Source of the DNA: Propionibacterium ruminifibrarum
Lineage (GTDB): Bacteria > Actinomycetota > Actinomycetes > Propionibacteriales > Propionibacteriaceae
Direction of reading: 5' to 3'
NCBI RefSeq assembly: GCF_900289195.1
Contig: NZ_OMOH01000003.1
Span: 60,001 to 92,000 of the forward strand
Length of the DNA: 32,000 bases
Made by a program: the position numbers and the translations under genes
Shown here: piece after piece, positions 17,227-25,700 of the stretch
How positions within the stretch are numbered: the stretch's first letter is position 1
How the letters are laid out: each line of letters starts with the position of its first letter
The notes under the pieces: model-generated
Told to the model about the DNA's origin: nothing
What the model saw: the letters and a program-made list of their open reading frames with translations, nothing else
The model's database searches: none

Positions 17227-19014
17227 TCATCGGCGACGCCGGTGGGAGACGACGGCCCCCAGGCCTGCCGCCAGGGCCAACGCCGCTGCCAGGCCGCTCG
17301 TCCCGTCGACACCGGTGCGTGGCAGCCCCCTCGTGTTCTTACGGGGCGTGGTGCTCTGGCTGGGCGCCGGTGCGCTGGGCGTGGGCTCAGGGGTCACCGG
17401 TGTGGATTCCGGAGCGCTGGGTGTGGGCTCAGGGGTGACCGGCGGGGTCGAGGTGGCGTGGTACGGGTTGTCGGCGTGCACGGGCGTGCCGGTGAACCAG
17501 CCCGTGGCGTCGACGGAGGCGACGTCCTCATGGATCTCATCGGTCACTCCGGTCAGGTCCGCGGTGCAGGTGAAGCTGGCGTCGATGAGGAAGGGGCCCT
17601 CCCACGTGGTGCCACTGGTCGGCGCCTGCGGGTCAGCCTGTGAGAAGTCGCAGTCCAGGTTCGAGACGGTGCCGGCGCCCTTCGTGATCTCATCGGTGAC
17701 CGTGACGTCACGCAGACGTTCGCTGCCGATGTTGGTGATCGTGAAGATCAGCTGCGTGGCGCCCTCGGTCGAGGTCAGGTCGACGGCCTCGTCCTCGGTG
17801 TCGGCATCGTTGCCATCGGTGTCGGCCTTGACGATGTCGATCTGGGGGACCATGTCATTGCCGCCGAGGGTTCCGCCGCCCTGGTCGTTGTAGACGGTCG
17901 TCGAGGTCCCGCCGCTGTAGCCCTGATCGCTGGTGACGGTCACCGCGTCGGGGAACTCCGTGCGGCTCTCATCGGTGACGAGCACGGGGATGTACAGGCG
18001 AGAGGCGACACCGGCGTTGGCGATCGTGACGGTGGCGGTGAAGGTGGTGTCCTCGCAGGAGACCTGCGTGACGGAGATCTGGCTCGTGTCGGTCTTGGAC
18101 AGCGTGTCGTAGGTCGAGTCCCCGTCGGCGAGGTTGCCGTCGGGACGCAGCGACGTGTAATAGCGCCAGTTCAGGTCGTCCTCGACGCAGGAGAACCGCT
18201 GGCCCTCCGAGCCGAGGGTGTCGGTGATGGTGAAGGTCGTGTTCGGGGCCGTGGTCGTGGGGATCTGCACGGTGATGCGCATCGTGTCGTTCGCGTCACC
18301 GTCGTTCTGGGTGTAGTAGCCCCACTTGGCGGCCTGCTCGGGCATCGTGTCGCAGTCGGTGCAGGGCTCCGAGCCCGGGTTGACCGGCATGTTGTACGTG
18401 GTGCCGTCGACGGTCCAGGTGGCGGTGTCCTGCTCGGTCGCGGTGGTGGCCACCGAGACCGCGAGGTAGGCGTCGAGCTGCACGTTGTTGCGGGTGCTCA
18501 CCCACTCGTTGAGGGTCAGGGTGGCCTGCGTGCCGTCGCCGTTGACCACCAGCTGGCCCGCGACCGTGCCGTCGGTCGCGTAGATCGGATAGCTGGCGTT
18601 CGCATTGCCCTGGAGCGGGTGGGCGATCGTCACGGTGATCGTGTCACCGGCGCAGTGCCCATTGGCCAGGGTGCCGGTGATGTTCATCCGGTACGAGGAG
18701 CCGGCGGTCACCGCGTCGACCTGCGAGTTGCTGAAGGTCGTGATCGTGCTGGTGAGCTGGTCGGCGCCGACGACGCTGCTGCAGGCGGTGGAGGTCACGT
18801 CGGCGGCGCTCACGCGCGGTGCGGCGGCCTCGTCGGTCCCGTCGTTGTCGGTCGCCCCGGCGTCCTCGGTGGTGTCCGCCGCGGTGTCGTCTGCGGCGAC
18901 CACCGGGACGGTGGGATCGTCGTCGGCGGGTTCTGCGAGCGCGACGCCCGATGCCGTGGGCAGCGCCAGGGCCATGGTCAGCAGGGCGAGGCCTGCCGTT
19001 CTGAGTTTCTTCAT
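17227..19014 (-). CDS. LPXTG (LPRTG)-anchored adhesin-like surface protein 'B' (acidic N-terminal tract, Ig-like/Cna-type region, DUF11/DUF7507-type domain, PT-rich linker, sorting signal)
   Basis: ATG 19014 (MKKLRTAGLALLTMALALPTASGVALA) follows GGAGAA. It is a paralog of protein A along the whole body. The C-terminus reads PVTPEPTPSAPESTPVTPEPTPSAP...LPRTG + hydrophobic segment + HRRRR. It has eight Cys in paired spacing. Confidence 0.8.
   Translation of the reverse strand: MKKLRTAGLALLTMALALPTASGVALAEPADDDPTVPVVAADDTAADTTEDAGATDNDGTDEAAAPRVSAADVTSTACSSVVGADQLTSTITTFSNSQVDAVTAGSSYRMNITGTLANGHCAGDTITVTIAHPLQGNANASYPIYATDGTVAGQLVVNGDGTQATLTLNEWVSTRNNVQLDAYLAVSVATTATEQDTATWTVDGTTYNMPVNPGSEPCTDCDTMPEQAAKWGYYTQNDGDANDTMRITVQIPTTTAPNTTFTITDTLGSEGQRFSCVEDDLNWRYYTSLRPDGNLADGDSTYDTLSKTDTSQISVTQVSCEDTTFTATVTIANAGVASRLYIPVLVTDESRTEFPDAVTVTSDQGYSGGTSTTVYNDQGGGTLGGNDMVPQIDIVKADTDGNDADTEDEAVDLTSTEGATQLIFTITNIGSERLRDVTVTDEITKGAGTVSNLDCDFSQADPQAPTSGTTWEGPFLIDASFTCTADLTGVTDEIHEDVASVDATGWFTGTPVHADNPYHATSTPPVTPEPTPSAPESTPVTPEPTPSAPAPSQSTTPRKNTRGLPRTGVDGTSGLAAALALAAGLGAVVSHRRRR
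17372..17442 (-). repeat. 42-nt tandem duplication in the PT-rich linker of adhesin B
   Basis: gcgctgggcgtgggctcaggggtcaccgg (17372-17400) repeats as gcgctgggtgtgggctcaggggtgaccgg (17414-17442) with 2 mismatches. It encodes PVTPEPTPSAP twice. Confidence 0.7.
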
Positions 19015-19162
19015 GCTGTTCTCCTGCATGGGGGTCGGTACTGGAGCAGTCGCAACATGGAGTGGGACGGTGGTCTCGGGGGTTGCGTGGGGGTGCTGCG
19101 GGGGCAAATTTACGCCATGAGGGCCCATCGTGTCTTGTCCGAGGCAATTTATTGACGACGGT

Positions 19163-19191
19163 GCGGTCACGGTCGCCGTGATCCTGACCGC
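19163..19191 (-). terminator. Putative terminator after the GH2 gene
   Basis: GCGGTCACGG (19163-19172) pairs with CCTGACCGC (19183-19191), giving a 9-bp stem with one bulge. On the minus strand it is followed by an A/U-rich stretch (GUCAAUAAAUUG). It lies 29 nt after the stop at 19220. Confidence 0.45.
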
Positions 19192-19219
19192 CCGGGCGCG
19201 GGCGGGGCTCGCGCAGGCT

Positions 19220-21049
19220 TCAGGTGGGGCGCGTCTGCTGCGTGGGGGGTTCTGGTTGCCGACCGAACACGGCCGCGAACTCGTGCACGGGGGCCTTCGG
19301 CCGCCTGTTCTCGTCGCACAGGCCGTTGGTCTCCTGGCCCGTGTCGGTCAGCTGTGTCCAGCAGTAACCGCCCAGGACGTTGCCCGTGGTGACTGCCGTC
19401 ACGAGTTCACTGATCCGGCGCACGAACTGGCTGCGGGTCCGCACGGTGGAATAACCCCAGCCCCGGCCGTGGCGACCCGGGCAGAAGCGGATGCCGCCCA
19501 ACTCGTCGAGCAGGACGGGGACGTCGGTCGGCTGGTCCGAGCCGACGACGATGAAATTGCGTGCGGGGCCGAGCGCCCCCGGCGTCAGCCAGCGCTCCAC
19601 CTGGCGGCTGCGGTAGCGCAGCCGCATCCGGGCGGGGTTCGCGTCGTAGTCGTGGATGGTGAGCAGGTCGGAGTCGACGTGGTGCCAGCCGTCGTTCGAC
19701 AGTGCCGGTCGTGAGGGGTCGATACTGCGCGTCAGGCGCGCCATGGCCGCCGCCGCGCGGGCCTGGTCCAGGTCGCGCGGGATGTCGATGAAACCCCAGG
19801 ACTCGTTGATCGGAACCCAGCAGATGATCGACGGATGCCCCTGACTGGCCCGGACGACCTGCGTCCACTCGCGGTGCAGCCTCCGGATGGCCTCTGGGGA
19901 GAACTCGTGGGCCGCGCCGATCTCGCCGAAGACGAGCAGCCCGAGCCGGTCGGCCCAGTACAGCAGGCGCTGGTCGGCGCTCTGCTGGTGGATGCGCATG
20001 CCGTTGAAACCGAGGCGCCCGATGAGCTCGGCCTCCTCGCGCAGGGCGCGGGCGCTCGGGGCGGAGTAGAGGGACTCGGGCCAGTAGCACTGTTCGAGCA
20101 CCTGCCGCAGGTAGATCGGCTGGTCGTCGAGGGTGATCGCACGATGCGTCGTGCCGACCTCGCGCAGACCCGTGTACGAGCCCACCTCGTCCTCGCCGGC
20201 GATGACGGCCGCGTCGACGAGTTCGGGGTGCTCGGGCCTCCACCGCAGGTCGTTGCTGCCGGGCGTCTCGATCCGCACGACGGTGGTCTGCTCACGGGTG
20301 AGCGTCACGGCCGATCCGAGTGGTCTGCCGCGATGGGTCAGGCCGATGCGCACGGGAAGAGGCCGTCGCGGCCGCCGGTTCAACTCGATGACGGCGGTCA
20401 CCGTCTCCTCGGCGGCCGGGGTGCGCCAGATGATCCGGCGGACGTGCACCGGTGGCACCGACTCGATCCACACCGGCCGCCAGATGCCGGTCGAGCGCTG
20501 GTACCAGATGCCGGAGGGCTCGTCCTCCCAGGTCTGCTTGCCACGCGGCTGGCCGCGGTCGTGCGGATCGTCCCAGGCGCGCACGACGACGGCGTGGGGG
20601 CCCTCCTCGGCCAGTTCGTCGGTGATGTCGAGGGTGACGGGGCTCTGCCCGCCCTCGTGCGCGCCGGCCTCCGTGCCGTCCACCCAGACGATCGAGTGGT
20701 AGTCGACGCCGTCGAGGTGCAGCAGCAGCCGCCGCCCGGGCGCGTGCCCGGCTGCCGCCAGCTGGGCCGCCGTCACCTCGATGCGGTACCAGACGACGGG
20801 GTGCGTCGCGGTGTCCGCGATGCCTGAGGCCTTCGACTCGGGAGGGAAGGGCAGGACGATCGTCCGGTCGAAGTGGTCGGCCGACTCCCACCAGCGGTCG
20901 CGCAGGCCGACCCCCTCGTCGTCGACGGCGAATCCGGCGGGGCCGTCGAGGTCGGCCCAGTTCGTCCGCACGAGGGTCGGGCGCGGGTATGAGCCGTCCT
21001 GTCCGCTCGGGTGCAGCCGGGCGGCGAGTTCGGTGGCCTCGTCGAGCAT
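19220..21049 (-). CDS. Glycoside hydrolase family 2 enzyme (beta-galactosidase/beta-glucuronidase/beta-mannosidase-like), cytoplasmic
   Basis: The GH2 sugar-binding-domain pattern is present (LLLHLDGVDYHSIVWVDGTEAGAHEGGQSPVTLDIT, WYQRSTGIWRPVWIE). So are TIM-barrel motifs (FNGMRIHQQSADQRLLYWADRLGLLVFGE, HPSIICWVPINESWG). There is no signal peptide. ATG 21049 follows GGAAGGAG. Confidence 0.8.
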   Translation of the reverse strand: MLDEATELAARLHPSGQDGSYPRPTLVRTNWADLDGPAGFAVDDEGVGLRDRWWESADHFDRTIVLPFPPESKASGIADTATHPVVWYRIEVTAAQLAAAGHAPGRRLLLHLDGVDYHSIVWVDGTEAGAHEGGQSPVTLDITDELAEEGPHAVVVRAWDDPHDRGQPRGKQTWEDEPSGIWYQRSTGIWRPVWIESVPPVHVRRIIWRTPAAEETVTAVIELNRRPRRPLPVRIGLTHRGRPLGSAVTLTREQTTVVRIETPGSNDLRWRPEHPELVDAAVIAGEDEVGSYTGLREVGTTHRAITLDDQPIYLRQVLEQCYWPESLYSAPSARALREEAELIGRLGFNGMRIHQQSADQRLLYWADRLGLLVFGEIGAAHEFSPEAIRRLHREWTQVVRASQGHPSIICWVPINESWGFIDIPRDLDQARAAAAMARLTRSIDPSRPALSNDGWHHVDSDLLTIHDYDANPARMRLRYRSRQVERWLTPGALGPARNFIVVGSDQPTDVPVLLDELGGIRFCPGRHGRGWGYSTVRTRSQFVRRISELVTAVTTGNVLGGYCWTQLTDTGQETNGLCDENRRPKAPVHEFAAVFGRQPEPPTQQTRPT

Positions 21050-21250
21050 CGGCGACTCCTTCCTAGAGCTGACGGGCTGGTGAGGACATTGTGGCGCCTT
21101 GCCGGGCAGGTGCGCTGGGGCCAGCTTAAGCCCCTAGTCGTAGGGGTCTCCCGGGTTTGTACCGGTCTCCCCGCGGGGCGCATCGGTATCACAAGGATCA
21201 AACAGGGACTTCACAGGAAACGCACTGTTCGGCCGTCCAGGTTGAGTGCC

Positions 21251-21475
21251 ATGAGCAGTTCCGATGAGAGCCCCGTCAGCCGTCGTTTCAGTGTCCGCCG
21301 TTCCGCGGCGGCCCTGGGGGCGGCGGTCGCGATCGCCCTTGGCGGCATCGCCGTCATCAGCCCCGCCGAGGCCCACGCGGCCGGCGTTCGCAGGCCGCTG
21401 GTGATCCAGCCGAGCAGTGTCCAGGTGCAGGCCGTCGAAACGGCCCCGGAGGGCGGCCGCAACGACGACCAGTGA
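21251..21475 (+). CDS. Small ORF (74 aa) with a twin-arginine-like signal peptide and a ~31 aa predicted mature part
   Basis: The N-terminus MSSSDESPVSRRFSVRRSAAALGAAVAIALGGIAVISPAEAHA|AG... carries SRRFSV, which resembles the Tat S-R-R-x-F-L-K motif, and AHA-A, which is an AxA cleavage site. About 86% of its codons end in G/C by my count, supporting coding. It is convergent with the next gene, so it cannot extend further. Confidence 0.5.
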   Translation: MSSSDESPVSRRFSVRRSAAALGAAVAIALGGIAVISPAEAHAAGVRRPLVIQPSSVQVQAVETAPEGGRNDDQ

Positions 21476-21537
21476 CGCGGGCTGGTCGCTGCGCCGGCGG
21501 CGGGACCGCTGCTGGCGGGCCCGGTTCCGGCCCGGCC

Positions 21538-22752
21538 TCACCCCGTCCACAGGTCGGCGAGGATCGTCGTCGTGTTGATCGCCGCGACGACGATGCCGGC
21601 CCCTGCGATCAGCAGGCGCCGCCGGCCCCGGGCCGCCGACAGTGCGGCACCCATCGCCAGGATGACGGGGAAGCAGTCGAGGCCGTTGCGGGGCAGGGAC
21701 AGCAGAACCGGCCCACGGCACAGGCTGTAGAGGGTGAGCCAGACGAGGACGGCCCACTCCGCACGGCCCCGCCGCAGGCACCACCAGCAAGCGGCGCAGA
21801 AGACGGCCAGGAAGACGAACTCGAGAAACTGCTGCCACGACCCCGCGAAGCTGTGGGCGTCGACGATGTGCCGGGCGCTGTCGACGAGGACCCGGCCCAG
21901 CCACGCCGAGCCTCGGCCCCAGCCCCGCTCCTGCGCCGTCATCCAGTACAGGACGTCGCCGGTGCGGGCCCACAGGTAGGCGAAGTACGCCAGCGGTGCG
22001 CACACCGGGATGCCCAGGGTGAGCAGCCGCCACCAGTCGCGGCCGGGCCGCCAGACCGGCCGCCGCCCCGCCGCGCGGCCCGACTGGGTGACCATCATGA
22101 CCGCAAGCATCACGACGACGAACAGGCCGTTCACCCGCGTCGCGCAGGCGAGCGTCGTCACCGCGATCGCCGCCCACCAGCGCCGGTGCTCGCCCAGGTA
22201 CCAGGCCGCCAGCGTGCACAGGCCGAAGAGCGCCTCCGTGTACGGGGCCATGAGGAAGACCGCGTACGGCCCGAGCAGGTAGGCGGCCGCCGCGGCGTGC
22301 GGGCTGATGCGCAGGTGCTCGCGGGCGATGCGGACGACGAGGATGCCGGCGCCGAGGGCGGCAAGCCAGGTGACGATCATCATCCCCGTCACCGCAGTGC
22401 TCATGTCGAGCCGGCCCAGGCCGATGAGCCGCGCAAGGCCCCTCGAGACGATCGGGTAGCCGGGGAAGAAGGCCTCGTCGTAGGCGTTTGCACCGTTGTC
22501 GGGCTCGAAATAGCCGTACGCGGTGACACGCAGCAGGTGACCGGCGTCGAAACGCACGAAGATGTTCACCGGCCACGTGCCCGCCGTGGGGTGCACCACG
22601 CGCCCGGCGAGGTCCAGGACGAGTGCCAGGCCCGCGAAGAAGACGCGGCTGAGCGCCCACCAACAGGCGGCGACCCGCAGGTCGTCCCGCCAGCGGAGCG
22701 TGCCGGTGGCGGGTTCGCTCTCCCCGGCGTCGGGGACAGGGGCAGTGGTCAT
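21538..22752 (-). CDS. Polytopic membrane protein, probable GT-C-fold glycosyl/mannosyltransferase (PIG-V/DUF2029-like)
   Basis: It has about 10 predicted TM segments and an early loop motif AYDEAFFPGYP that resembles the FFPxYP loop of PIG-V-type mannosyltransferases. The start is uncertain: ATG 22752 was chosen, and GTG 22797 is the alternative. Confidence 0.55.
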   Translation of the reverse strand: MTTAPVPDAGESEPATGTLRWRDDLRVAACWWALSRVFFAGLALVLDLAGRVVHPTAGTWPVNIFVRFDAGHLLRVTAYGYFEPDNGANAYDEAFFPGYPIVSRGLARLIGLGRLDMSTAVTGMMIVTWLAALGAGILVVRIAREHLRISPHAAAAAYLLGPYAVFLMAPYTEALFGLCTLAAWYLGEHRRWWAAIAVTTLACATRVNGLFVVVMLAVMMVTQSGRAAGRRPVWRPGRDWWRLLTLGIPVCAPLAYFAYLWARTGDVLYWMTAQERGWGRGSAWLGRVLVDSARHIVDAHSFAGSWQQFLEFVFLAVFCAACWWCLRRGRAEWAVLVWLTLYSLCRGPVLLSLPRNGLDCFPVILAMGAALSAARGRRRLLIAGAGIVVAAINTTTILADLWTG

Positions 22753-22882
22753 GGCACGTCCAGTTCTTCCATCGGGCCGGCGCGGCGTGGGCGACACAAG
22801 GATAAGGCCCGGCCGGTTTCCCGCCGGCCCGGGCCCGGTGGCGCCCCTGCACGACGAATCCCGACGGGCGGCCCGGGCCCGG

Positions 22883-23809
22883 TCAGCCCATCGCCGCAGC
22901 GATCCGGGCGGTGTCGCGAGGACTCGTGCGGCAGCACCCGCCGATCAGCCGGGCCCCCAGGCCGAGCCACTGCGGCACCAGCCGGTCCCAGTCGACGCCC
23001 GCGTCGTCGGGCAGCCACCGGCGGCCGCGGGCGTCCCAGGCCTCACCCGAGTTCGGGTAGCAGACCAGCGGCTTGTCGGTGTGCGCGGCGATTTCCCGCA
23101 GCGCCGGGCAGACCAGGCCCGGCTCGACGCAGTTCACCCCGACCGCGGCGACCACGTCGGCCGACTGCGCCCAGCGGGCCGCCTCGGCCACGGCGGTGCC
23201 GTCGGCCAGGACGAGCGAGTCCGCCTCGCGGCGCACCTGGAAGCTGACCCAGGCCGGGCGGCTGGTCTCGTCGGCGATGAGCCCGGCGACGGCGCGCGCC
23301 TCGCTCAGCTTCGGCATCGTCTCGACCGCCAGGACGTCGACCCCCATCTCGTCCAGCGCGTTGAGCCGTTCGACGTGGAAGGCCCGGTATTCGGTGTCGG
23401 TCAGCTCGTAGGCGCCCGTGTACTCCGAGCCGTCGCTCAGATAGGCCCCGAACGGGCCTATGCTTCCCGCCACCAGCGCGCGCCGCCCGGGGTTCTCGTC
23501 GGTCCACTCCTCGACCGCCAGGGTGGCGAGCTCGGCGGCGTCACGGATGAGCCCGCGCGCCTGCCCCGGCTGGGCCCCGGCGTCGGTCAGGCCGAGCGTC
23601 GTCGCCTGGTAGGTGTTCGTCTCGATGACCCGTGCCCCCGCATCCAGGTAGGCGGTGTGCACCGCGCTGATCCGTTCGGGGGCCGAGGCGATCGCAGCCG
23701 CCGACCACAGGCTCTCGTGCATCGGCACTCCCGCGGCCTCGAGTTCGGTGGCCATCGCCCCGTCGAGGACGGTGGGGCCGGCGGCGAGCAGCTCGGTGAA
23801 GGCATTCAT
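22883..23809 (-). CDS. mmuM: Homocysteine S-methyltransferase
   Basis: The sequence fits the Pfam S-methyl_trans pattern: LDGAMATELE, IETNTYQAT, GSIGPFGAYL..GSEYTG, AVETMP, VGVNC and the Zn-ligand motif GGCCRT near the C-terminus. Start is ATG 23809 (MNAFTELL). The ORF-track extension to 24199 is unsupported. Confidence 0.85.
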   Translation of the reverse strand: MNAFTELLAAGPTVLDGAMATELEAAGVPMHESLWSAAAIASAPERISAVHTAYLDAGARVIETNTYQATTLGLTDAGAQPGQARGLIRDAAELATLAVEEWTDENPGRRALVAGSIGPFGAYLSDGSEYTGAYELTDTEYRAFHVERLNALDEMGVDVLAVETMPKLSEARAVAGLIADETSRPAWVSFQVRREADSLVLADGTAVAEAARWAQSADVVAAVGVNCVEPGLVCPALREIAAHTDKPLVCYPNSGEAWDARGRRWLPDDAGVDWDRLVPQWLGLGARLIGGCCRTSPRDTARIAAAMG

Positions 23810-23948
23810 GAATCCAGCCTGCCTCGCCGTGCCCGGAGCAGATGCCGGCCCCCCGGGGTGCGGCGAGTGGCCCCACGCCGTGCCGGTGGTGCCCGGTAGC
23901 CTGTACGCAGGCCCACGCGGGGGCGGGGCCGCACGCGCGAGGTGGTCG

Positions 23949-24647
23949 ATGATGAGCAACCCCACAGGCCAGGGATTCCACTGCTTCCACTGCGGGCTTC
24001 GGCTGGCTCCCGGCACGGTGCAGTGCCCGCGCTGCGGGGCCCCGCAGAACCTCGCCTGGCCCTCCCAGGGCGGCCAACCGCCGCTGCCGGTGGCCGAGGA
24101 GCCCCTCCACCCGGCGGTCACGGCGATCATCACCGTGTTCTTCGGCCTGTTCGGCCTCATCCCGTGCCTCATCAGCACCAGCCGCGCCAAACGGCTCAAC
24201 AGGACGACAAGGCCCTACTGGCTGGCCTTCTGGATCCCCGAGACCCTGTGGCTGCTCCTCGTGGCGTTCCTGGTCATCGGCATGATCGCCGGTTTCGGCA
24301 TCCTCGCCCGCGAGGCGGGCGGGAACCCCGGCGGTGAACCGAACCCGGCCGCCTCGGTCTCGTCCTACCCGACGACCGCCCCCAGCGCGACGAGCAGCGA
24401 GGCGCTCTCCTGGCCGGTGGGGGCCACCGAGTGCTCCCCGACCGTGGCGGCGGGCAGCGAGCGGACCAGCTGCGAGTTCGCCCTCAACGTGGCCGACGCC
24501 TGGGAGCGGAGCCCTCGGGGCGAGACCCAGACGGTTGAGGCCTACAGTCCGGTGACGGGCCAGGACTACACGATGACGTGCGCCTCGGTCAGCGGCTACA
24601 CGACCTGCACGGGCGGCAACGACGCGGTGGTCTACATTCGGGGCTGA
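23949..24647 (+). CDS. Membrane protein: N-terminal zinc ribbon (CxxC-x11-CxxC), DUF4190-like two-TM hairpin, S/T/P linker, small 4-Cys C-terminal domain
   Basis: The zinc ribbon is HCFHCGLRLAPGTVQCPRCG. TM1 is AIITVFFGLFGLIPCLISTSRAKR (DUF4190-like) and TM2 is LWLLLVAFLVIGMIAGFGIL. The C-terminus reads ECSP...SCEFA...YTMTCASVSGYTTCTGGNDAVVYIRG. The function is unknown. Confidence 0.65.
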   Translation: MMSNPTGQGFHCFHCGLRLAPGTVQCPRCGAPQNLAWPSQGGQPPLPVAEEPLHPAVTAIITVFFGLFGLIPCLISTSRAKRLNRTTRPYWLAFWIPETLWLLLVAFLVIGMIAGFGILAREAGGNPGGEPNPAASVSSYPTTAPSATSSEALSWPVGATECSPTVAAGSERTSCEFALNVADAWERSPRGETQTVEAYSPVTGQDYTMTCASVSGYTTCTGGNDAVVYIRG

Positions 24648-24681
24648 CGCCCTGCCGCGAGCGCTGCCCGCGCCCGAGAAC

Positions 24682-25566
24682 TCAGCCGAGGGCGGCGGCC
24701 AGCTGGTCGAGCACGGCCGTGGCGGCGTCGAAGCCGTCCGGGTCCTGGGCCGCCATGGCGACCAGGACCCGCTGCCCAGCGGCGTTCGTGTACCAGCCGA
24801 GTTCGCGTGCCAGGTAGCCGCCGTCCGGTGAGGGGCCCCAGCCGCCCTTGTAGGTGGCGCCGGGCAGGGCGCCGATGCCCCAGGACTGGGCCGGGTCGAC
24901 CCGGCCCATGTCGGCGATCACCTCGTCCGCCCCGTCCAGGCAGGGCAGCTGGGCGAGGAAGGTGACCTGGTCGCCCGTCGCCCACTGCGTCTGTCCGAAG
25001 ACCGAGAAACCGGCGATGAGCTGCACGTCGGGCACCGTCGTCGTGGCGTCGCCCGCTGTTCGCAGCACCTCCGTCACGGCGTCGGCCCGTTCAGCGTCCG
25101 TCTCGCCCAGGGCGTTCCACAGGGTGTCGGCGGCGTCGTTGTCGGACTCCTCGAGGGCCAGTGCGATGGCGTCGGAGTAGACCTCGCCCTGGCCCGAGGC
25201 GATGACGGCCAGCGCGAGCGGGATCTTCGAGGTGCTCCAGGCCGGCAGGTCCTCCAGGGAACCGGCGGTCATGACCCCGGCATCGGGGGAGTACCAGCTC
25301 ATCCGCACCGCGGTGCCTGCGGCCTCGGCGGCCTCGGCGGCCGCCAGGATGGAGGCGGGGTCTTCGTCCGGGGCGCCGAGTTCTGCGGCGTCGCAGTCCC
25401 CGGCCAGCGGCATGCCGACGGTCGCCGGGGCCGCGGGCTCGGACCCCAGTGGCGAGCCGGGGGCGCCGGTCCCGGGCGTTGCCTCGCACCCGCACAGGCA
25501 GGCGAGGACGAGCGGGACCGCGAGAAGACGGCCGGCCACTTGCCTCACACGGTTGCGGGCACCCAT
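24682..25566 (-). CDS. Class A beta-lactamase-like serine hydrolase lipoprotein
   Basis: It has a signal peptide with Cys-rich lipobox region (LVLACLCGC), an SxxK motif (WSTSKIPLA), an SDN motif (EESDNDAAD) and a KTG-like motif (YKGGWG). Whether it is a true beta-lactamase or a PBP-like sensor cannot be told from the sequence. Confidence 0.65.
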   Translation of the reverse strand: MGARNRVRQVAGRLLAVPLVLACLCGCEATPGTGAPGSPLGSEPAAPATVGMPLAGDCDAAELGAPDEDPASILAAAEAAEAAGTAVRMSWYSPDAGVMTAGSLEDLPAWSTSKIPLALAVIASGQGEVYSDAIALALEESDNDAADTLWNALGETDAERADAVTEVLRTAGDATTTVPDVQLIAGFSVFGQTQWATGDQVTFLAQLPCLDGADEVIADMGRVDPAQSWGIGALPGATYKGGWGPSPDGGYLARELGWYTNAAGQRVLVAMAAQDPDGFDAATAVLDQLAAALG

Positions 25567-25633
25567 GGCCGGCAGTCTAGGACACGCCCCGTCCCGGGCG
25601 AGTCGTCACGGCTCGGGCGAGTTCCGGGTGACG

Positions 25634-25672
25634 CCAGATGGCCGCCCGGGTCCGAGCCGGGCGGCCATCTGG
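25634..25672 (-). terminator. Perfect 16-bp hairpin after the cell-wall hydrolase gene
   Basis: CCAGATGGCCGCCCGG (25634-25649) and CCGGGCGGCCATCTGG (25657-25672) flank a 7-nt loop, 29 nt downstream of the stop at 25701. There is no U tract. Confidence 0.55.
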
Positions 25673-25700
25673 CGCAGTGCCTGTCGAAGTGTCGAGCCGG

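Noticed and set aside
23810-23948. A SAM-responsive riboswitch (SAM-IV type) in the 139-nt leader of the homocysteine S-methyltransferase gene.
   Set aside because: The region is GC-rich and structured, but I could not find the conserved SAM-IV/SAM-I core blocks. It is also short, because it is shared with the divergent gene's promoter.
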